63,596 bases of DNA, taken from positions 1 to 63,596 of IMG/VR virus record IMGVR_UViG_3300031758_000068; one strand, given 5' to 3'. The notes below the pieces were generated by a model. It made no database searches. It saw nothing but the letters and a program-made list of their open reading frames with translations, and was not told the DNA's origin. This document shows positions 9,401 to 16,050 of the stretch, piece by piece. Each line of letters opens with the position of its first letter. The stretch's first letter is position 1. This DNA is from a virus. Its lineage: Duplodnaviria > Caudoviricetes. The position numbers and the translations under genes are program-made.

Positions 9401-10091
9401 TGAAGGCTTTGTCTATATTGCTACACCTACATTGAAGGATAGAACTGGTAAAGAAGAATATAGAAATGTACGTGGCGTAGGTCACTTCCTTTTAGATGCA
9501 TCTGCTGTTCCAGGTAAAGAATACAAGCATGAGTATAATGAAGCTTATTTGAAAAAAGCTATGAAAAATAATGATTGGATACCTACCTTTACACCAGTTT
9601 CAGGAAATAAAGTAAAATTAAAATACAAGAAACCTGATGAAATCACTAAAGAAGACAAGGTAGTTACACCACTTAGACAGTTTAAATTTGATAATTTAGC
9701 ATTTGATAAAACACAAAGACCTGAAGGTTTCCAAGCAGGAATTAAAGAAGTTAAAACAAAAGATGGACAGGGTTCATATTTAATCTTTAAGGATAGAAAT
9801 GGTTATTCAAGATTTAGTGGAGGATCAGTAGTGTTTATATTTAAAGACAAATACGGAAACACAATTGTAAGAGACTTTGCTGGAACACTGAATAACATTG
9901 AAAATGAAGGTCTTGGTATTAAGAAAACATATGGTCTCAAAGATGGTGACTTGACAATTGGTTATCATGATGTAGGATCATTTAGTGCTAAACCAAAGGC
10001 AGATGAATCTGGAGTTTTAAAGTCTTCTCAATGGGGTGACTTTAATCCAGGATCAATGACTGGTGGGGCATTGCTTATTCCTAATCAGTAA
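3411..10091 (+). CDS. 2226-aa polyvalent putative virion protein: zincin (HEISH), pre-toxin-like module, kinase-like domain, second zincin (HEIEH), NlpC/P60-CHAP-like amidase, C-terminal unknown domain
   Basis: HExxH at 4125 and 6822, each with a downstream Glu. GSEG...VVK...D-x5-N...FVDL at 5889-6251. GNCMW...GDIINF...SH at 7716-7950. Confidence 0.75.
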   Translation: MAKFKITGLPKAQTGKTFSRTQGGEDTYYIHPERPGSIYTKWDGKWHISNSSTGFNFEPIKDPTGERKKNLNTNAVKATQFQLDRWENLNPYDNSKQRKHVGNVAGGMDPKKSAEQIKKADEQFMFDWDFNTKDQKDMHPRDASNAIELYNKGLDFHKGWMNSPMYKKMLANSINAGKASGVDESQMAQQRIQNFSTIPSMLFQRQPEGRSFTGGQSMPTDGSITIFPYGAGVSDVSAHEISHSIDRPVNYYDSDQRLIPQADINYIQNVTPAFNNTPKWQGYDADWQQLVLNNPDYLQEEKDWVNYVSKPTEVRARLNAIRATAKESGTYDPYTQEVTPEIYDMLQKMSFGTDEKEGFNPIEQLKGIYSDEQIIEMLNSISKNDNDSGDMLNMAREGGFLPHAQFGFGMGKLRKRKVGKQKGEETPTFGQPLPTDPQGAPYAFVGERPACPEGQVWDENLQSCVLPGIVEQPTMYVSANPETNKKRIKFIDKANALWDTIEGRKVWMENGPKNYSLNELSKFINNVKDYKDQAAVYEKYRRMAEDDEISGDEFARLYNENNWIRFDQNTGRENFKGQWRKAAQEGIKKKAENAKSVASDIGDILHTAGEYTGINSVGRVIANPIETLSDTGQSIVDIGMTAPEVPYMAYDYLSNLFTPWNREYGNEYSGTEDINPLTGQPYWSGSQGAIDLITSFPFLKGAFTLGNTGFKAGVNAVNRIPSSKVLFQSAEQRLGNPTAYNLLQGTESGVRGKIADKYYTNAMRTAVKQQDDAYQKFFKAYDEGDMDLAKRINETELQPAIEREKLLANEYGDWRRQYSGLPIRNTGLAGSEGSIFTIKGDPTQVVKVGTTPNTEAELNKLIEIGQNYQFPGSQFAFPTRQIRLMGDNQVAQFMPRLNFNASGLPVGKTFDDVAEVAQDLNQYGVGLDYAGEGNIGSVGNDLGFVDLSYIGKPGQRVDFYNRFPYHKPDMFGKGFALDETIGSTAQGIADDAAGLMNRVRSQGLSDDALKARSVQETGAASQVDDSILGADDVYKAPSPEAMQRYNKAIEHFNKHMFLPESKSLQGRELLDDFISRINSKEGLKRLGELGINDPKYFEDLVLKEIQHELGYFTEVGGQPMIALHAGMPAEIAKNITRHEIEHAVQRAIIKNGQQPFSEIDYMLNGLTLKGTPNVAVPRKMTWNAIEFPKNADLFPNAQKNLDYYAFGSGGKEKSAFLAEVQQGMLDNGIIDDVYENITPEKVKKAYKQFIEDPNPDKYNYRFFEIMEPTEANFELTAKALNKMLAIPGAIGGVGTAGYMMNQGVTEQPVEGLKKGGTVSKKYSRSLEAKNQLYVENRLVKKRKPKNKKIFSPTSPYFQAGGENQVECDDDGRCYETDQIQNILDEGSYIPKKNVNIMWDVAETPGAYENAKKIWTDKGAQVISKRLGNTPAITNVGNCMWAGGMGYQCLPETKGKISLMPFESNDKFINAVNKGTVPFSRVAKTHDPNFASQETGMLQQGDIINFKGAGNSHAMTFSHYDEDGTPIFLDSNGQESNFGWNRGMWDQLVPNKEKVAYVSRFNPEKFYEKDIKTLEEMARTNPTYVPGTHTVGKLPLLPLANLEIPTAERVLPAVTQTLGMRALGGIPNLPLNKNRKVLRDWTYGQSIGMLQEKHGGVHYAQAGLNLQGVRTAPVTTKAEPKKEVPVRTVPVPAATQMNLQGIRTAPVVTRQEPKKEYVKPKPQKLSGFDMMHEIHNMYNNKIANAKDLRPKSKEEQRRETSPLEVFTGTNDLFKSYTTADRQEQTESPLDMFGHVNDAFNEAANKRSNRVPGRQGSPLDMFGFPEYGNQGDQSYEFPLAPGFSADPTRGTTGQPVENNPLAFLTNTGILGQIDHAKLARDIEREQNRPKYKNRNVEPDSWWDNTVDVLGDAGEYILDTGVDAVNTLGEWKNMGKRYLQKEGWLDIEEEKIDPNKAKKLQPKIKQTPKVEKFYQEIAAVDDAGYSDNKLLSYRNQWDNNEGFVYIATPTLKDRTGKEEYRNVRGVGHFLLDASAVPGKEYKHEYNEAYLKKAMKNNDWIPTFTPVSGNKVKLKYKKPDEITKEDKVVTPLRQFKFDNLAFDKTQRPEGFQAGIKEVKTKDGQGSYLIFKDRNGYSRFSGGSVVFIFKDKYGNTIVRDFAGTLNNIENEGLGIKKTYGLKDGDLTIGYHDVGSFSAKPKADESGVLKSSQWGDFNPGSMTGGALLIPNQ
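4860..5513 (+). repeat. Paralogous protein module, copy 2 (GRKVWMENGP...NNWIRFDQ...NPLTGQ...FPFLKG)
   Basis: Aligns by eye with 1504-2110. Confidence 0.9.
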
Positions 10092-10140
10092 ACTTCTAAA
10101 GTTTACTCATTAAGATTGAATTTACTATATTTATATTATA
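10087..10140 (+). promoter_or_regulatory. Palindrome AGTAAACTT-CTA-AAGTTTACT plus TATATTTA promoter-like box upstream of the gene at 10150
   Basis: Inverted repeat at 10087-10107 and TATATTTA at 10126-10133. The same arrangement and spacing recur at 15986-16030. Confidence 0.65.
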
Positions 10141-10149
10141 GCGTATATT

Positions 10150-13100
10150 ATGAAAAAACCTGTAAGAATATATAAAGCACAGTTTGGAGCACAACAGGCT
10201 ATGCAACAGCAACAGGTACAACAACAACCACAAGTAAATGAGGAGATGTTGTATAAAGCTGCTGCTGATATGATGGCACAAGGAGCAGCTCCAGAAGAAG
10301 TGCTTAATCAGTTTGTGCAAAGTGGAGTACCTCAAGAGATGGCTAATGCAGTTATCTCAAATGTTGTAGCATATTTAAATGATGAAGATGCTTATGACAA
10401 TGCTATGAAGTCAGATGACACAGAAGCACAAGAGGAACTAGCTGCTCAAAGACAAGCTGAGGAAGAAGAAGCTGCACAGCAGTTAGCTTACAGAAAACAA
10501 ATGGAAGCTATCTATAACCAAGAAACAGATCCTGGATATGATGAGGAGGACCAAGTCATGCAACAGAATCTTATGCGCTTTGGTGGTAACCAAGTTCCTA
10601 AAAGAACTTTCTTAAAGAAGGCAATGAGTCTTATTAAGAAACAAGACGGAGGTGATGAAGAAGCAGAAGCAACTAATGTTGCAGATAGTACAGATACAGG
10701 TGAGAGAGCTGAGCGCTTGAATAATTTTATAGGTAGTGTACAAAATGCAGCTAATCAATCTTTGATGCAACAGGATGCTGAGAATATGTATGCACAGTAT
10801 CAGCAATCATTTGGTCAACCAGAAGACATGGGACAATATCCTATGGCTAGACGTGGTAGACAAATGGGTCCAGGTAGACAAGAGAGACAAGTGATGAGAG
10901 GAGTAGATAGAATACTCCGCAATATGCCAATGGGAATGACAGGACCTGGTCAAGGTTTTATGCCACCAAATGTTAATGTCTTTAACTTACCTATGATGGC
11001 TGGAGCTGGTATGCCAGATATGCGTCAGATGATGAATATGCCTGATACAGGTTACTATTCAGGAGGTCCTAGACTTGCAAACATTGATGTAAGAAAAACA
11101 GGAATCTTTGGAAGACCTAAAGAGTATACAATTACTTGGGCTAATGACGGTTACTATAATCCTGCAGTAAGACAAGATATCATTAGACAGGAACAACACA
11201 ATGAAGAGAATCAAGTCAAAGATAAGATTACTGATGATAAAGCAGCTACAACTAATACATCAACAGACAAGAATGAAGAGGTTAAGGTAGAGGAAAAGAA
11301 AGATCCTCAAGTAGCTACAGGAGCAAAGACTACAGCACAAACACCTGGTAGAGGTACAGTAGTTGCACCTGATGGTTCAGGTACTTATGTAGACAACCGT
11401 GTTGAAGCACAAGAAGAGCCATGGGCGGGAGCTTTAAGAGATAGAAATGCAGGTATGGCGGGACGCTTTGGATATGATCCTTCTGCTGTAGGTACCGCTC
11501 CTGTGAACACTGCGGGCCAATCTAAGTATATATCAAGTAACACAGGTGCTGTTGACATGAATGCAGTAGGAGCTATTACTTACTATGATCCAAATAAACC
11601 TGGGTACATGTATGTAAGTGATGGTACTAAATGGTATTATGATGCACCGGGTGGTGATATGACATTACAACCAGTTACTGATACTAAAAGGATTTCTTAT
11701 CTTAATGAGAACCTAGAAGGAGCTAATATGTATACGTTACCTTCTAAGAAAGGTTATTACTATAGACTACGTCCAGATGGCGCCTATGCTAAGTACTCTG
11801 GTAACCCCGATGATTATACACCTAGTGCAAAACCAGTACAAGTAATTAAACCTGGTGATGCTAACTATGACTACCTAAACAAGAATAAGCAATACTCTTA
11901 CTCTTATGTGGGCAAGCAACAGTTTGGTGGAAATACTAATCAAGCATCAGGGCTTACTAAGTTTGTGAATGGCGGAGATGATATCAGCATTCCAGTAACC
12001 GGAGGTAAACTTACAAATGATCCATACTTTAGAGATGGTGGTTTGTATAAGTTCCAAGGTACAGGTGATAGTCAAGTAGATGCTGGAAATACTACAACAC
12101 CTGAAGTTACTAACCAAGAGTTGTATGACTTCTTAAAGACACAAGGATACAATGTTGGTGAGTACAGAGAAGGTATTGACTACTCACAGTTAGTGGGTGG
12201 TAAAGGAAATACTGGTTATAGTGATCCTTATTTGGAAGGAAGATCTAGTATGCCATGGTATACTAGTAGTAATGCACCACAAGGAAGCTATTACCCACAA
12301 GGATACGGACCTTATGCATATGGTCAAGGATACTATCCACCAGCTATGGGGTACAATAATCCTTACATGGGTAACTACAATATGTATAACCAAGGAATGG
12401 GAGCAATGTACCCACCTTTGTTTGGAAATAGATTCGGTCCTACAGGAAAAGTGTTTGAAAGAGCAGGTTCTTGGTTGCAACAATCTGGTTTACCATTTGA
12501 CCCTACTACAGGTTTACCTATTACAGGTATGTTAGGTCAGCAACCTATGAGTAAGTTTGAAGTTACTAAGTCAGGTATGTTTGGACCTAAAGAGTTTGCA
12601 ATGTACTTTGGTGATCAAGGTGATGGTGAATACAAAGGTGCTGACTTTGGAGATTATAAAAATCCATTTACCGCAAGAGCTGAAGCAGAGGCAGCAGCTA
12701 ATGCAGGGACCTCAAAGAATCCTAAAACAGATGATAAGGGTAGAATTCTATCCTATGCTCAAGGTGATGATTATGACTTTAATCAAAATAAAGAAAATAG
12801 ACAGCAAAACAGATTAAACAGACAACTTGAAAGAGGTGTACAAAGATATGATAGACAGGCTAGACAAGATATGCAAGTACCTGAAGATATTCAGCAAGGT
12901 GTAAATGCATATCAAGGATTCAAAAATCGTGCTAATCAATCTCTTACCCGTGCCTATGGTGGTCAACAACTTCCACAAGCTCAAATGATGGGTGAATTTA
13001 ATGCTGGTGTTAGTGATATTCCTGCAGGATACTACAGAGATAATGTTACGGGTCTTATAAAGAACAACAATGGAATGACATATTCACCTTATGCTGGGTA

Positions 13101-13797
13101 TGGATACAACACAGATAAGATTATGGATACTGATTGGACTAATCAGTACATGGCTTATGGTGGTGTACCAATGGCTCAGTATGGTTTTAGTTCAGGTTCT
13201 GCTAATCAATATGGCTTTAACTATGATCCTGCTTCTATGGATTCAGAAGAAACACAATTCAATAACTGGTGGGGTGGTCTTGGTAGTTCAAGAATGGATG
13301 AAATTCTTGCTCAACAAGAACGAGAGCTTCAAGATATGAATGCTTATGATGTAGACATTGATGCTGAAAATGCTTCAATGGATGCATTTGCTGAGAGTAC
13401 AATGGCTAAGAAACAACCATGGGCAGTAAAAGGAAAAATAAAGAACATGTTTAATGTTGACTTAGAAAGAGGTGTTAATGAATTCAACAGATATGCTGGT
13501 GCTGCTCTTAATCCTTTTGAAAGAGCTGACAATAGAATATCAGCTCCTAACATGATGGAACTTACTGGGTCAGAAAGAAACTATGGTAACAAGTGGTATC
13601 AGAACAAAGGAAGAGACCCTGAAACAAATAGTGGATTGTCTTTCATAAACCAGATGGGTGCTAAACTTCAAAAGAAAGGGAACGCTCAAAAGAAAAAAGG
13701 TGGTTCTACATATAAAGAGGGTGCAGTAACTTATATGTCTGCTAAACAAGTTGAGGAATTTATTAAACAAGGTGGTAAGCTTGAATTTATAAAATAA
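10150..13797 (+). CDS. 1215-aa low-complexity (Q/G/M/Y-rich) putative internal virion protein with many xxGG motifs
   Basis: Long ORF with ATG start in the structural block. Motifs MRFGG, KQDGG, QQFGG, VNGG, FRDGG, AYGG (x2) and KKGG. No Cys seen. Confidence 0.7.
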   Translation: MKKPVRIYKAQFGAQQAMQQQQVQQQPQVNEEMLYKAAADMMAQGAAPEEVLNQFVQSGVPQEMANAVISNVVAYLNDEDAYDNAMKSDDTEAQEELAAQRQAEEEEAAQQLAYRKQMEAIYNQETDPGYDEEDQVMQQNLMRFGGNQVPKRTFLKKAMSLIKKQDGGDEEAEATNVADSTDTGERAERLNNFIGSVQNAANQSLMQQDAENMYAQYQQSFGQPEDMGQYPMARRGRQMGPGRQERQVMRGVDRILRNMPMGMTGPGQGFMPPNVNVFNLPMMAGAGMPDMRQMMNMPDTGYYSGGPRLANIDVRKTGIFGRPKEYTITWANDGYYNPAVRQDIIRQEQHNEENQVKDKITDDKAATTNTSTDKNEEVKVEEKKDPQVATGAKTTAQTPGRGTVVAPDGSGTYVDNRVEAQEEPWAGALRDRNAGMAGRFGYDPSAVGTAPVNTAGQSKYISSNTGAVDMNAVGAITYYDPNKPGYMYVSDGTKWYYDAPGGDMTLQPVTDTKRISYLNENLEGANMYTLPSKKGYYYRLRPDGAYAKYSGNPDDYTPSAKPVQVIKPGDANYDYLNKNKQYSYSYVGKQQFGGNTNQASGLTKFVNGGDDISIPVTGGKLTNDPYFRDGGLYKFQGTGDSQVDAGNTTTPEVTNQELYDFLKTQGYNVGEYREGIDYSQLVGGKGNTGYSDPYLEGRSSMPWYTSSNAPQGSYYPQGYGPYAYGQGYYPPAMGYNNPYMGNYNMYNQGMGAMYPPLFGNRFGPTGKVFERAGSWLQQSGLPFDPTTGLPITGMLGQQPMSKFEVTKSGMFGPKEFAMYFGDQGDGEYKGADFGDYKNPFTARAEAEAAANAGTSKNPKTDDKGRILSYAQGDDYDFNQNKENRQQNRLNRQLERGVQRYDRQARQDMQVPEDIQQGVNAYQGFKNRANQSLTRAYGGQQLPQAQMMGEFNAGVSDIPAGYYRDNVTGLIKNNNGMTYSPYAGYGYNTDKIMDTDWTNQYMAYGGVPMAQYGFSSGSANQYGFNYDPASMDSEETQFNNWWGGLGSSRMDEILAQQERELQDMNAYDVDIDAENASMDAFAESTMAKKQPWAVKGKIKNMFNVDLERGVNEFNRYAGAALNPFERADNRISAPNMMELTGSERNYGNKWYQNKGRDPETNSGLSFINQMGAKLQKKGNAQKKKGGSTYKEGAVTYMSAKQVEEFIKQGGKLEFIK

Positions 13798-13801
13798 CAT
13801 T

Positions 13802-15988
13802 ATGTATTACAAAGTAAAAATCACAGCGCTTCCAGAAGCAGCATACGGTAGATCAGTTAAGACAGGTCAACAGATGAATGGTGCCCTTGCAATTCAACCT
13901 ACAGCAATGGGTGGTGCAGACATTGATCAGTACATAGGTGAGAAAGAACTCAAAGTTCAGAAGACTATTCAACCTATTGATAGAGAAAAGGCTAATGTAG
14001 AAGTTGAGAAGGGTGAAGTTGTAGTTACTGATAATGGTGATGGTATTCCAGAAACATATGTAGCCGGAGGTAAACGTCACTCAGCAGGTGGTACACCACT
14101 TAACTTACCAGATGACTCTTTCATTTTCAGTGATACTAAGTCAATGAGAATCAAAGATCCAGAAATCTTAAAGATGTTTGGTAAGAAAAAAGGTTCTTAT
14201 ACTCCAGCTGACTTAGCTAAACAGTATGATATCAATAAGTACAGACAGATACTACAAGATCCTAACTCTGATGCTATTGATAAGAAGACTGCTGATTTGA
14301 TGATCAGAAACTATACAATGAAACTTGGTGGGTTAGCCGTAGCACAAGAAGGTAAGAAAGCATTCCCACAAGGTATTCCAAAAATTTCTGAGCCATTCTT
14401 GGAAGCTATGGGTATTCAGCAAGAAGCTATCATGCCTACTTATCAACCACAGACTCAGGCACCACAGGATGAGCAAGAAATGATGGGTAATCCTGGTGAA
14501 GAAATGGCAGAACAACAAATGATGCCAGAGGATCAAATGATGATGATGCCACCACAAGACCAAGGTATGCCACCAATGGCAGCTTACGGTATGGCTATGG
14601 GTGGATATGAAATGCCATTTGCTCCTGACTATGCTTACGGTGGTTTGTTCAAAGCTGTTGAAGGAGTAGAAAGTACAACAGATGTTACTCCTTATACAGG
14701 GGGTAAAACAGTAGCTGGTAGTAAAACACCAACTGGTAAGTCTAATGCTTATGCTTCCAATAATGAACCTCTTGATCAACACTTAGGACGTTGGGAAAAG
14801 GTTGTTCCAGGTATTTCAACTATGTCAGATGCAGAAGCTCAAAAAGCAATGTATGACTGGAGCTTAGCAAATAATCCAGATGCTATTAAAGCAATGTGGA
14901 AAGAATGGGGTAATACTACAGAAGGAAAAAAATATGCATCAATTAGAGCATTAGCTCCTAATGGTGTATTCACTGATGAAGTATTAGATGATCCAGCAAA
15001 TCTTGCTATGTTACGTGCTGCTTATGTTGATGGAAAATTTGGAGCAAGACAGATCAAACCAAAAGAACCAGAACCAGAACCTGCAAAAACTGAAGAACCA
15101 AAAACTCAAGATAACACCCAGATTCAAATTACTGATAATAAACAAAGACAGCAAATACAAAGACCTGATCTATTTAATTTCCAGGCACCACCACAAATTG
15201 CTGATTCTGTACAGGCTGAGTGGACTTCACCAGACATCATGAATTACTATGGTGCCTTGAAAGATAGAAACTCATTGCGTCAGTATTTTCCATGGGCTGC
15301 TCCAATTGATATGGAAGAAATGGAACCTACTTACTTAGATCCTACTAGAGAATTAGCACAACAAAGTGAGGATGCAAACATTGCAAGTCAAGCATTGGCT
15401 ATGTTTACTGGACCAAAGGCATATTCTTCTAGAGCATCACAAATCCAAGGAGAAGGCGCTAAGCAAGCAGCAAATACACTTTCTAGATATAACAATGCTA
15501 ACGTAGGTATTGCTAATCAGTTTGAGCAAGCTAACGTAGGTATTAGAAATCAAGAGAGAGCAGCTAACCAAGCTATTAGTAAACAGATCTATGATCAGAC
15601 AGTATTGACTAATGCTAACTATGATAGAGATAAGAGATTAGCTGATAGTGTAGTGAGACAAGCATTTGCTACAGGTTGGAAGAATGCATCTGACATTGCT
15701 ATGTTGAATGCAACATCTGACCAGTATGATATTGACCCAAGAACAGGGACTGTTAGATTTATTCGTGGTAAGAAACCAAGAGCAGATAAAGCTAGGAACT
15801 TTGATGAGCTTTTTGTTTACTATAGAAGTATGGGACTGAATCCAAAAGATGCACGTGAGAATGCTAAGGCTGCATTAGGTGATTATACTGGTTATACAGG
15901 ACCTGCAAGAACAGATGATTATGACCAATATAAAGCAGGTGGTGTCTTTGTTTTAGGGCCAGGAATGTTTCCTCCACTGATCATGTAA
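13802..15988 (+). CDS. 728-aa putative virion protein with N-terminal VEVEKGE...GKRHSAGG...FIFSD domain and C-terminal N/Q/A-rich helical region
   Basis: ExExGE/GxxHxxGG motif of the kind seen in Bacteroidota phage structural proteins, and its position upstream of the ejection/RNAP genes. Confidence 0.65.
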   Translation: MYYKVKITALPEAAYGRSVKTGQQMNGALAIQPTAMGGADIDQYIGEKELKVQKTIQPIDREKANVEVEKGEVVVTDNGDGIPETYVAGGKRHSAGGTPLNLPDDSFIFSDTKSMRIKDPEILKMFGKKKGSYTPADLAKQYDINKYRQILQDPNSDAIDKKTADLMIRNYTMKLGGLAVAQEGKKAFPQGIPKISEPFLEAMGIQQEAIMPTYQPQTQAPQDEQEMMGNPGEEMAEQQMMPEDQMMMMPPQDQGMPPMAAYGMAMGGYEMPFAPDYAYGGLFKAVEGVESTTDVTPYTGGKTVAGSKTPTGKSNAYASNNEPLDQHLGRWEKVVPGISTMSDAEAQKAMYDWSLANNPDAIKAMWKEWGNTTEGKKYASIRALAPNGVFTDEVLDDPANLAMLRAAYVDGKFGARQIKPKEPEPEPAKTEEPKTQDNTQIQITDNKQRQQIQRPDLFNFQAPPQIADSVQAEWTSPDIMNYYGALKDRNSLRQYFPWAAPIDMEEMEPTYLDPTRELAQQSEDANIASQALAMFTGPKAYSSRASQIQGEGAKQAANTLSRYNNANVGIANQFEQANVGIRNQERAANQAISKQIYDQTVLTNANYDRDKRLADSVVRQAFATGWKNASDIAMLNATSDQYDIDPRTGTVRFIRGKKPRADKARNFDELFVYYRSMGLNPKDARENAKAALGDYTGYTGPARTDDYDQYKAGGVFVLGPGMFPPLIM

Positions 15989-16040
15989 ACTTTAGAAGTT
16001 TATTAAACTTATAAGATTTTAGTATATTTACATATATAGA
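15986..16040 (+). promoter_or_regulatory. Palindrome TAAACTT-TAG-AAGTTTA plus TATATTTA promoter-like box upstream of the gene at 16051
   Basis: 15986-16002 is the exact reverse complement of 10089-10105. TATATTTA lies at 16023-16030, again 20 nt downstream. Confidence 0.65.
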
Positions 16041-16050
16041 ATATTAAACT

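Noticed and set aside
9300-10091. C-terminal domain of gene 2 as a phosphodiester glycosidase (NAGPA-like)
   Set aside because: Only a faint resemblance (FSGGSVV...YHDVGSFS); too weak to call without a profile search.
12197-13339. Same-strand alternative-frame ORFs inside the 1215-aa gene
   Set aside because: Non-ATG starts and composition typical of off-frame reading; no slippery site or other evidence of frameshifting was seen.
15020-15050. YVDGKFGAR as a peptidoglycan-binding (PG_binding_1-like) motif
   Set aside because: A single short match without the rest of the domain recognisable.
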